Assembly: GCA_001275005.1 (NCBI GenBank)
Contig: JWZX01003325.1
Coordinates: 1 to 64,000 of the forward strand
Source of the DNA: Chrysochromulina tobinii
Taxonomy: Eukaryota
Reading direction: 5' to 3'
Length of the DNA stretch: 64,000 nucleotides
Shown here in pieces: positions 35,301-46,800 of this stretch. Made by a program: the position numbers and the translations under genes. The first letter of the stretch is position 1. The number at the start of each line of letters is the position of its first letter. The notes under the pieces are model-generated. The model had not been told where the DNA came from, did not search any database, and saw nothing but the letters and a program-made list of their open reading frames with translations.

Positions 35301-38300
35301 CTCGAGCTCGAGTCGACGCCCTGGATGGAGTGCCGTCTGGCGAGCTCAGATGGCTGCACGAGCCCAAATTAGGAAGGTGGCTCGACGAGTCCGTGCGTGA
35401 GCGTAGCAGATCCCCCCCCCATGGAGTAGCAGATCCCCCAGCGAAGCGATCGCTCGCAGATGCCCCTGACCGGCGGTTGAGCGACATGATACGATCGAGT
35501 TCGGCGGGCTGGACGAGGCCGATGGCGGCAAGGGCCACACGCACCTCGGTGATGATACGCTTCTCGGCTGCGTGGGCTTGGAAGAAAGTTGCCTCGAGGA
35601 GCTCACGCATCCGCTTGCCTCCCGCGGCGTGCCTTGTCTTCTCACCGCGATCCTTTCGTTCTAGTTGGTCCAGCATAGCCGAAGCCGCCACGTCGTACAG
35701 CTCAGTGATCGTCCTAGGCATCGAGATGCCCATCTCGCCGCCGTCGCTGCCACCGGTCTGCGCGGCATCGGCGACGCCGAGAGCGTACATGCTGCCCTGC
35801 TTGCCCGGCTTGCCAGCCTGCTCATCCTTCGAAGCTTGGCGCGACATGAGGATCGAGATGACCATCGAGAGCATCAGCGGGTTACCGGTCACACGATGGC
35901 CCGTATCCTGGTCAATCGGTACCGTCGTCTTCACGTACTCGATCAGCCGTTGCGCCGCTGTCAACCCAAGCACCTGTTCGCCATCAGCATGCAACCCGAG
36001 ACCACGAGAGCGAGGCCATCAGCCGCAATCCGAGCGCAAATTCAGTGGCATCTGAGGGGGGCATCTGAGGGGGCCATCTGAGGGGCATCCGATTGGGGCA
36101 TCGCAATCGCGCACCGGCTCGACGCGCGATCGGATGACCACATGCTGCTGCTCATCACTCAACGGCTTGAGCTGGAGCCGCCGGAAGTGCGCCTTAATGA
36201 AGAGCTCCTGTGGAAAGGGGGTAGGCGCCGTGGTGAGCACTTGCATGCAGCGCAGAGCACTCGAGAAGTCTCCGACAAACTACCCACCTCGGGCAGACCG
36301 TTCGGGCGCGAGGTGACCACAATGACGAACCCCTGCGGCGCGAGCACCTCAACGATGTGCTGCTCGACGCGCTGGCGGGCGTGCCCGCCCTCGTCGATGC
36401 CGTCGATGAGGAGCAGCACGCGCCGCGCCACCATCGCCTGGCGCAGGAACAGGTATAGCTCCGAGCCGAGGCCGTGCACGAGGCATAGGTAAGCGTCGAC
36501 CCAGTTCCACGCACGCTCGAAGGCGGACACCACCTGTGAGGTTCGACGAGATCGCAATCAGATGAGATCGCAATCAGACGAGATCGCAATCGCAATCAGA
36601 CGGACACAACCTGAAGTTCAATCGCAATCAGTGGGGCATGAAATCGGCCATTCCACTCTATCGTGTATCTTGCCCCAATGATTGCGATTTCATGCCCCAC
36701 TGATTACCTTTTAGGGCCATCTCACGCCATAAAAGGTAATCAGACCCTACATGGTAATCAGTGCCCATTCAGAGTCCACTCCGTGCGCCCAATCAGTTGC
36801 AGACATGCAATCAGTTGCAATCAGTTGCAGACATGCAATCAGACATGCAAGTTGCAGACATGCAACACCCACCGATGGCTCCTTCGAGAGCAGCAGCTTC
36901 TGCAGATCCTGCACCTTGATGAGCACCGGCAGCACCTCCGCTCCGTCAAGGTCGAGGGAGTGCACCACAAGCTGTGAGAGCAAGCACGTCTTACCGGCCG
37001 CTGGCCCTGCCGTGAGCAGCACGCACGAGGCCAACGGTGGGGGCTGCGAGCGCCGCACGCGCCGCGCATGCATCGTGTGCAGCCACCGGCACAGCGACTC
37101 GACACTAGTGATCTTCAAGTAGTCGTCCTCGTCCGGCGCAGGGTCGCGCTCAAACGCAGACGCAACGTCCGACACGGTGCCCGCCACGGCGCCCGCCTTG
37201 GTCGGGGCTTTGGTCGGGGATTTGGTCGGTGATAGGCCGGTCCCCGGCTGCTCGCTCTCCGCCAGCAGGTTCGCGCCCGCAATCTCGATTGGGACGCAGT
37301 GCTCCTTGACGTCGAGCCGCTTGCCGGAGAGGGCGTCCACGATGGACGCATGCTGGGCGCGCATCGTACGCGCGTGGCGCACCTGATGAGGGAGGCAATC
37401 AGGGAGGCAATTAGGGAGGCAATTAGGGCGCGCATCGTACGCGCGTGGCGCACCTGATGAGGGAGGCAAATAGGGCTCATCAGAAGTCCTCAAGCTGGGC
37501 GCGCATCGCTCACATCACACACGCAGGGCGCACCCAGAGCTCCCAATTAGGGAGGCAATTAGGGAGGCAATTAAGGAGGCAATTAGGGAGGCAATTAGGC
37601 GCACCCAGAGCTCCCGAAACGATCGGAGGGGGATCTCGCGCGGCCCATGGTTGAACGGGTCCAGGTCAAGCTCGACCAGCTGGCCTTCGCTGTTCTCGTC
37701 CTCGAAGAGCAGCAGCTTGTGCCAACCGCCCCCCACCGGTTCGACCACGTTTGCATCGCACCAGTCGGCGGCTCCGTGGATGCCCTCGACGCGAACGAAC
37801 AACGGCTGGCCGGCCGCGTACTGGCGGAGGCCGCGGCAGCCCGAGGAGATGAACATCTTGCAAAAGTGCGCCTCCATCTCCTCGCGCTCCTTGGGCGCGA
37901 GCTCGTCCCGAGATTGCATCTCGCGCAGAGCTCCCTCGAGCTCGGCTTGCCGTCTCTCGAGGGTCGCTCGCACCGCCACGAGGACCTGCAAGTCCAAATA
38001 GGCTTGCTTCCGTATCTGCAGCAGCTCGATCGCCTCCTGCAACAGCATGTGCTCGCGCTGCAGCCCGCGTAGCCGCAGCGCCGTGCGCGCCTGCTTGGCC
38101 ACGTCGAAGCCCATGCGCCAGCTGGTCGCGACGCCCATGTCGGAGGAGACGGAGGGGGCGGCGGCGCTGGCATCGGCGGCAGCGGAGACGGTCGCGGAGG
38201 AGGCAGCGGGGGCTTCCCGGAGCATCCCTGAGCTCGATTTCGTCGAACTCGTCGAATTCGTCAACACTCGAGAGATCCGTCCCGAGAATGAGCGGGAGCG

Positions 38301-41300
38301 ACCAAGCGCCGTGCTGTGGGGCTTCCTCTGTAGGACGAGCAGATCTAAGTCGTCTCGGGGCCATCGGAGCTGGAGGCCAGGGCCGCGCACGCCACCCAGG
38401 GGTGCACCTGGCTGAGCTTCGTGACTCTCGCCCGGCGCGCCACGGCCATCGCCCTCCACGCCTCCCTTGCCCGCGCCCGATACGGCGCTCGAGCTCGCCC
38501 TTCGAGCTCGTGGATCGAGCTCGAGGGCGTGCTCGATCTCGTCGCGTGAGATCATGCGCCCCTTGCGCCCCGAAGCTTCGATGCGGTGCTCGGGCGGTGC
38601 GGACCCAAGTTTATGGAGCGCCGCTACCACGGCAATCCGCGCGTGCTCCTGGAGCCCAATCTCGTAGTGCAACTGGGCAAGCGAGATCTCGATCTCCTCG
38701 ATCTCCTCGGGCTCCTCGATCTCCTCGGGCTCCGAGATCTCGGCCTCCGAGATCTCGGGCTCTGAGATGTCGGGCTCTGAGAAGAGAGTCGAGTGCGCGC
38801 TGTCCCGGTGACCGTTACGTGCGTCGCCCCGTGTTTGGAGCCCTTCGGTGCGCCACTGTTCTGCGGCGAGAGATTCGCCCCTAGATTCACGCAGACCGTT
38901 ACGTGAGAGACCGTTGCGTGACTGGGCGAGAGATTCGCCCTCACGATCGAGCTCGATCAGAGCTGCGGCGATCTCGTCTGCCTGCTGCCGCTGGGCCCGG
39001 ACTCGTCGCGCCGTCTCGAGCGCCTCCGCCGTGCCCGATACGGCGCTCGAGGCCTCCTCGGCATCCAGGTGTGCGCCTTCGGCTTCGAGGTTCATGATGA
39101 ATACTTCAAGGCCCTCGGCATTCAGGTGACCGACACTGCTCTGGGCCGCCTCGCGCTGTAGTGTGAGTAACGTCTCCTGCAGCCGGCGCGTCTCTGCGTG
39201 CAGTCCCTCGGAGATCCTTTGGAGATTTTGGAGATCCGCCTGCCGTCGGCGCACCTGGGTGCGACGGTACTCGTACCGGAGCTGCTGGAGGCGCTGTGCA
39301 CGCCCATCGTGTGACCGTCTGATTGCGTGCTGATGACGCCCCTCGTGTAGCCGTCTGATTGCATGCTGATGATACTCAATCAGGTTGCTCGTGGTGCGCA
39401 GCTCACTGCTGAGATCGCGCACGCGCCGCACCCGCCGCTCGAGCACGGGTGACGAAACCTGCGCCTGCAATCGCTGGGCCGCCGTTGCGAGCGCCGCAGC
39501 CGACATGGACGGCGCGCCGCGCAGCAAGTCACGGAGCTCCTCAGCCACTTTGACGTCACGCCGTCCCTGTTCGACGATGGTCTCGAGGTACTTACCGGTC
39601 GGATCGGGGCGCCACGGCAGCACCTGATGAGGGACGCAATTCAGAGTCCTCAGCGGTCCTCAGCGGTCCTCAGGGCAATCAGAGGCCATCAGAGGCCATC
39701 AGAGGCCATCAGAGGCCATCAGAGGCCATCAGAGGCCATCAGAGGCCATCAGAGGCCATCAGAGGTCATCAGAGGCCATCAGAGGCCATCAGAGGCCATC
39801 AGAGGCCATCCTCCGCGGTGCTATGCGGCCATCCGAGATGGCAACGATTGGCAATCGCGGTCCTCCGTGGCAACGAGTGGCAATCGCGGTCCTCCGTGGC
39901 AACGAGTGGCAATCAACCTACCAGCTGGCTGAAGATGTCAAACGAGAGCGGCTGTACCACAAGCTCGGGGGCGAGGACGCCAACGACGCCGATGGTTTTC
40001 GGCCCGAGCTGCGAGCCCACCACGAGCCGCTCAGCACAGCGCGTTTGGGCGGCGGCACCGTCCTCGTGGCCATCAGTGCTCGCACTGGGTCGCAGCAGCA
40101 TGGGAGCGCCCTCTGCGAGCATCAGCGTGCTCTTGAAGGACGCTGCTACCATCGGCGGGGGACGCGGCCGGCGCGCGAGCACTGTTCGCAGAGCGTCGGC
40201 GCATCGGCGCACTGTGTGCCATGCGACGCGCTTCTTGTCGGTGGATAGGTCGACGTAGCGAAGGGTTGAGAGCGAGCGGTGCAACATCACAAAGAGGAAA
40301 TTGCATGCATGTAAGTCCGCAGGCTCCACCGCCGCATGCGCCTCTGTCGGGTCGTCTGAGCGCGAGCGGTGGCTGCACTTGGCCACCAGCTGGAAGGCGA
40401 GCTTGAGCACGCGTGCCGCGAGATCGAATGTCATTCGCTGGTGCTCGGCCCATGTGGACGGCGCGACCTGGTCAAACATTTCCCACAGCTCGAGCGGCTC
40501 GGGCGGTGGCTCGGGCAGCTGCGAATCGAGGGGCATCTTGTCACTTCCCCACAGTAGCCGATCGACGATCTCGCACGCCTCAGTCATGCGGCGCTCGCAC
40601 ACGGCTGCGTCGTGGACCAAACCGTCCTCGAGCAGCTGAAGCAGCCTCGCGTCGCCATCCTCAATGCAAGCCGCGTGCAGCTCGGACCGAGATCGCAACT
40701 TCGATTTGCGCTTCACGAAGGAGGAGGAGGAATCGTCCTGTCCGCCGCGCGCCGAGAGAGAGCCCAACATATTCCTCAGGCCGTGCTCCTCCGCGTGCTC
40801 CTTCGACGTCCTTGACGCCCTACTCTTGAACGACGAGTGCTCGTCAGCCGGGGCGACGACCTTGAACTTGAGTCGGTTGGCAACATCCTCCTTGATGCCC
40901 AGCCTGTCCTCGAGCTGGCGCGAGCTCGCTGCGTGCACTTCGTCAATCGACATAGGGATCGGATAGTACTCAAACAGGAGGACGCTCACCATCTTGGCCG
41001 CGTCGTGGAAGGGCATGTTCACACCGGCCTTGGCAAAGTCGATGAGCCACAGGCGGTCCTTGACGTCGACGAGCACATTGGCCGCATTCAAGTCACCATG
41101 CTGGTACAAGCGGAGTGGCTGCCACTCGGCAAGCCACGCGACGTCGTCGCCGCCCGTGCCGGACGAGATTGCCTCGAGCTGATGCAGTAATGAGACGAGC
41201 GGCTGGCAATTCACATCCGACCAGACGAGGCTCGGCACGTCGAGCACAAATGAGGCGGCAAACTTGTCGCGCTTGGCCACGCGAGACACATCAATGATGC

Positions 41301-43232
41301 GTTTCTGCTGCAGCTGCGCCAAAGCTGCCTGGACGTTGCTCGGTGGCTCATACTCCCGAGCACGCTCGTCCCGCACCCAGATGGCCGAGCCGGCGGGCGG
41401 CTTGTCAAAGACGATCACCATCGCCTTGGCGGTCGCGCGCAATTGCGTCGCAATCAGCCCGTCGAGCGCGACTGCATTGTAGAGGTCCCGCTGCACGGTC
41501 TTCAAGGCGAGATTGGCGAGCGCGCCGCCATGCCCCCACAGGTCATTCAGCACATCCATCGCCTCGCGTTCCCACTTGATCGTCGGTGGGCCCAAGGAAG
41601 CCTTGAGGGAAACGTGCGATTGCGCAGCCTCCTCCTCGGGTACTTTTTGGTGCATCTCGCGGATGAGTCGCTTCTTGAATGTGGCGAGCAGCTCGACCTC
41701 GAGCTTACCGAAGAATTCGGGCAGCACCCAGCATGCACCTGCCATCTCGAGCACCACTGCGCCGTAACCGATCGACTCGTCGACCACGCTGCGCGAGGGC
41801 GTGCCACTTGCGGAGGCCAGAGCGCGCGCTGAAGCCGCGCTGCGCGCCGTGCGCGCCGTGGCTGTCTCGCGCGCCGTGCCCAGCGCCATGTCGCGCCCCT
41901 GGCTGTCGACAAACTCAGGACCGCGGATGAGCTTGATGGCCTCGGCGCCCACGAGGTGCGAAATCTCCTCGGTGCGGCGCACCTCTTCGATCATCGAGTC
42001 TGCATAGTCGAGCTTGGTCACGGTAGGCTCATTAGGACGGCCCTGCATGTCGCGGCTGTCCGTCTGCAGCACGAGCGAGCCGGAGAAGCCGCCGTGCAGC
42101 TTGGTCGCGGTCACGTGCGCACGGCCGGGGAAGAGGCGCTCGAGCAGCCTCACGAGGGGTTGTTTCGCATAGTTCGGCTGCGCGAGCACGCCGCGCAGCT
42201 CAATGACGGACGAGAAGAAGCGCGGCGGCAGGTATCCATTCTCATCACCCTCGCACAGGATGACGCCATTCGTCGACTCGAAGAAACGGATCCCGTGCTC
42301 AAGCGCACTCGAGATGTCCACCCAAATGTACACAGCGCAGTCGTGGCGCATCCCCGAGATGACCGCCTCCTCCCCTAGCAAACCTTTGGCCAGGTGGATG
42401 TGGTGCCGTTCCATCTTATGCAGCCCCTGCGCGAGGATCTGCCGGAGCGCCGTGATGGTTGTGCCGTGCACCGCAAATGGGACGCTCGCCTCTTTTGTTT
42501 CGCTGTCAAACGTGATCAGTGTGCCAATCTGCTCGCCGACCTGCTTCATCGAATGGCCCTGCGCCGCCCGGATCTGGTACACTCCACCAGCCGTCGGCTG
42601 CTCACGCAACTCAAAGCGCTGCTTGTCATTGAGCCCCACCATCGCGTGCACGTGCTCCTCGGTCCACGTGCACGGCTCGCGCGGCGGTTCCGATTCGAGT
42701 GCCAGCTCGGCCTCGCGACGGTTGACATGCGCGATCGCATCAGTGAGTAGGACCCATCCGTCCGTGTCAATCGGCACGTCATATTCTTTGGCCTTGTGGC
42801 GGAGCAGCTTGCTCATCAGCTTGGAGAGCTGCACGTCATGCACCTCGCCGTACTTGCCTTTTATAATCAGCTCCGTCCCAGGCGCCGCCACGTCGTCGGC
42901 CGGCGGCGGTCGCAGCTGTGCGTCCGAGGCTGTGTCGGCGGCGAGGTGGGCTGCGGCTATGTCGATAGCTGGGAGCTGCTGCCTGGCGCTGACGTGACCC
43001 TTGGCGGCGTGGGAGGTGGCGGCGGCGGCGGCGGCGGCGGCGCCACCCTTCGGGCCGCGAGGCGAGGGAGCTCGCTTCCCGCGAGGCGAGGCTGCACGCT
43101 TGTCCCAAGATTCAACCCGAGATTCATCCCGAGATTCATCCCGAGGCGTGGCAGCTCGCTTCCCGCGAGGCGAGGCAACACGCTCGTGCGGCGCTGCGCT
43201 GCTGCTACCGTTGCTGCTACTGCTGCTGCCAA

Positions 43233-43277
<45 letters not shown>

Positions 43278-43851
43278 CTGCAATCGGAGCCGCCACGCAT
43301 TTGATCAACGGCCATGCGGCCTTGAGCTCGGGAGAGCGCGTGTCGAAAGCGCCCTCGCCGTACGATACAAAGGGCCAGTGCTCTGACCAGCCCTCCGAAT
43401 ACGAGACAAAGCCAATCGATTCCTCGCAGTCCGGGAGCGGGACTGGCTTGAGCGCCGCTCCTGGCAGACTGGGTGCCAATGCGGCTGCGTCCGCTGGTCG
43501 CAACCCAGCCTTAGCTAACAAGTGACGTGCCACCACAACGATCGCTCGCTCAGAGGTGTTTCGCTTGGCCATGGTCAGCGCACGCTTGATGGCTAGCTCG
43601 AGCTCGGCCAACTCCGTTGCGGAGGCTGCAGGCTGGCTCGAGGAGATTACTGCTGCAGTGCCAGCGGGGCGCTTACCACCGTGCCAATCGAGCAAGAACT
43701 GGCCGAGGAAATGCAAGCGTTCGGCAGAGCTGCGAGGACTGCGAACCGCCAGGGCTGCGTTCAGCGCCAGCTGCACCTCGCGCCGCTGCTCCAGCCAGCT
43801 CATCGAAGTGACGGGGACGCAGGGCACTTGGTGCAATTTGGAGCCCTGCAT
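23395..43851 (-). CDS. Giant NLR-like (STAND/NACHT-LRR) protein, ~6,290 aa: Tpt1/KptA - APH/TCAD9-like kinase - coiled coil - 3x[linker-NACHT-LRR]; introns 39624-39921, 37383-37604, 36534-36872, 36208-36287, 35974-36114, 34541-34659, 33191-33291, 27285-27370, 25591-25779
   Basis: Nine GT-AG introns join ten consecutive ORF-track segments with correct phase; spliced length is 18,882 nt, divisible by 3. Motifs: Tpt1 LLRH/DKQRF/IRAAQGHS/HGT/MERHHIHLA; kinase GGFSGS, HGDLNAANVLV, LIDFA; Walker A GPAAGKT and GPGTGKT; Walker B LLLIDGIDE and IVILDGVDE; TSR sensor; HLSFQE twice; many LxLxxNxL repeats. Confidence 0.8.
36208..36287 (-). mobile_element. Introner-like intron, second family: TGCATGCAAGTGCTCACCACGGCGCC...TTCCACAG 3' end
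   Basis: A near-identical ~25-bp core occurs in introns of four unrelated genes (about 6301-6327, 21441-21468, 27304-27330, 33207-33233, 36225-36249, 48921-48945, 48980-49004). Confidence 0.6.
39678..39810. repeat. Intronic 10-bp tandem repeat (ATCAGAGGCC)n, ~13 copies
   Basis: Directly visible inside intron 39624-39921. Confidence 0.95.
42200..42840 (-). other. Tpt1/KptA (RNA 2'-phosphotransferase, PTS_2-RNA) domain within the giant gene
   Basis: LSKLMSKLLRH, DGWV, NDKQRFEL, IRAAQGHSM, VHGTT, GLHKMERHHIHLA, ISGMR, FFESTNGVILCEG..GYLPPRFF. Confidence 0.92.
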
Positions 43852-46800
43852 GGGTGGGGAGCCAAGAAAAAACTTGACGAGTTTGGGGAGTTTGAGCTCA
43901 CAGCGAGATTTATCTTCCTCATGCCTCTTACCTCATGCTTCTTGAGCTCCCAAATGCGCGTGCAGATTAGTTAAACTTTAAGTTCAAGTCAGATAAGACC
44001 TCTCGGCAGACGCCGGCCCGTGGAGATGCTCGCGGAAGGCGCAGATTAGTTCAACTTTAAGTTCAAATTCATGACACGACATCATGACACGACACTGGAG
44101 AGGGGGTCGGGAGCGGGGGGATGTCGAGATGTCATGAGATGTCGTTCTCACGAATCAGATTCCGTTGGCCCGTGACCATGGCGATGGCCCCTGCCCGCAC
44201 GAATGTATGGATGTGGGCCCGCTCCAAAGAAGCAAAGATGACTGGTATGCCATGCCTCGTTCCTGGAAAATCCCCACCTCGCAAGTCCCTCTCCTCGAGA
44301 CGCGCGTGGTGCTCAATGGTGCACGTCGCTTGCTTGACGAGTACGGCGATGCCGTTGGTAAAAGAGTCACCGCTTTGTCGCTGCTCGCGCTGGCTTCCAC
44401 CCTCGCCAACCATCCATCAAACCACGTAGCCAATCTTTTTTGCCATGGCGCGCAGTCCATAGGTCTCAGCTGTGAACGCCTCCTGCGATCCCATCACCTC
44501 GAGCAGAAAACAGACGTCAACGTCTTCCTCTTGCAAACGCCGACTGACCCATAGCGCCTTCGCCCGAGACGCCTCACGAGCCGGGCATGCATCGGCATGG
44601 AACTCCCGCGCATTCAAGAGCGAGCTCAAGAAGCAGATCAAGGTGAACGCCGATGCGCTCTTGGAGCACGATACCAAGATCACGGTGTACACGGCTCGTA
44701 TGCAGGAGCTCATGGACAAGCAGGCCACGGTGATCACGGACATGCAGAAGCAGATGGGCGACAGTGAGGCGGCGCACGTCAAGGCGCTGTCAATGTCGAT
44801 CAACTATCGGTCTAAGGTCTGCACGTGCTGTTGCACCAGTTATGCACCAGTGTGGCTTCGTCCCGCTGCCTGCCGGCAGTAGCGACTGCAGACGATGGCT
44901 TCACACCGACTCGGACCCAACCACCCAAGTACTTCCAGCCACACATCACCCCATCAACCCAACACAGGCGGCACGGGGGCGGCACCTGGTGATGAGCCAT
45001 CAGGTTCGGAGTCTTCTATGATGCACGACGCGCGTGCCCTCTCTCTCGCCACCTCGCCGCGGCCACCTACGACGCTCGTGCCCCAGGGCCTTGACGATGC
45101 CATAGCGACACTGCTGGCCGCGAGCGGAGCTGATGGCCCAGCTCATGAACCCATCGTCGTGGCGCTGCACGTGCTGTTGCACCAGTTATGCACAAGTGTG
45201 GCTTCGTCCCGCTGCCTGCCGGCCGTAGCAACACTGCAGCACGCGGCAAGCCCAGCAGTGCGGCGCCACTGCCCACATGGCGCGTCATGCGCCCGCTCTC
45301 TATACTGCTTGATCGGTTATGTTATTGATTGGTATGCTCATGCACGCGTGGCCGGCGCTTCGACGGAGCTCAGAGGCTAGACGGAGGTGGACGATGGCTT
45401 CATACCAACTCGACCCAAGTTCAAGCCACACATCACCCCATCAACCCAACACAGGCGGCTGGTGGTGAGCCGATGGCAGTTGAAGACCATGTTCCCGATT
45501 GTCGGGTCTCACCTTGTGCCGTTACTTCTTGGGGCTTCTTTCAAGGGGCTTCTTTGGGGCAGGTGGCGGCCCCCGCCCTCGGACGCCCTCGCCATCTCCG
45601 TGGCGTTGCTCCATTAGCTCCATGGGATCGGGTTCGGAGCCGCGATAAGGCTGTCATGTTCGAGGCCGCTGAGCTGAACGGCTGCCTCCACACACTCGCG
45701 GAAGAAATGCAGCCCAGCATCATCTCCCGCACCTTTCCCCGAAAAATTGTTCCCCCCCCCCTTTCCCCCAAACTAAAGATTTCGTTACGGATTTTGCATG
45801 TTGTCGTCGCGCGTGCTGATTCTGAATACAGAAATGACAAAGTTCGAAATGGAGGGAGTGTGGGCATGCACGCCGCCTGCATGCCAACCCGCGGGGGCCC
45901 GTCACCGGCGCCGGCGCCGGTGACGTCCTTGGCCTCCCCGCCCTATCGCATGCAGCGCGAGCTCGTCGCATGCAGCTGCAGGAGGCGCTCCTGGCTCGCG
46001 AGGCGGCCGAGGCGGTTCAGGACACGGTGTGCACAGGACACGCCTAGGCCGCCGCCGGAAGCCAAGCTCGAGGCGCTTTACCGCGAGCGGCAGCAGCAAC
46101 ACGCGCGGGAGCGGCCACCGTTGCCGGCGCCTCCGATGGGCGTGCCAGCCAGGGAACCCACGCGTCCCAGCAGCCTTATTGATGCCGAGGACCAGCGCTT
46201 ATCTTTGCAGGGTGGGGCGACTCGCCATGGTCGGGCTTCGGCTCGCTATGGGAATACCACGGCGATTACCTCGGCGATATGGACGAGGAGGAGCGACGGC
46301 TAGACGAGGAGGAGCAACGCAGGCGAGGTGGTATAAGCGAGGAGCCGAGGACGAGGATGCGCGCACCGAGAGCGACGGCAGCGAGCTGGGAAGGGAGCCA
46401 TTCACCAAAGATGAGATGCTCTCCGAGCTCAACGAGATGCGAGACGCCTTCGGGGCGGACGTAGCCGGGTACGATGGGGCCGCGGCGCTGTCGCCGCCGC
46501 GCCCGCCACCGCCCAGGCAGCACAAGCTGAGCGACTTGTCGGTTCGCGAGCTCAATGAGTGCTGATCGCGGCGCTCGGCGCGTCGGCGGTGCGGTGGATG
46601 TGGCGAGAGTGGCCGAGAGTGGCGGTGGAGAAGGCCGAATTGCTCGAGCTTGCCAGCGCGGCGCTCGACAAAGACGACTCAACGAACCCCAAATCTATCC
46701 CACTGGAGGCCCACGACCCTCCTCAGCACCGTATCTCCTGGGTGCCCTACCATTGATAGCGCGTATTCCGAGTCGTTAAAGTATACAGTTTTCAAAGCCA

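Noticed and set aside
37405..37600. TTAGGG within (AATTAGGGAGGC)n as interstitial telomere
   Set aside because: The unit is a 12-bp variant of the intron repeat family, not tandem TTAGGG; any telomerase link is speculation only.
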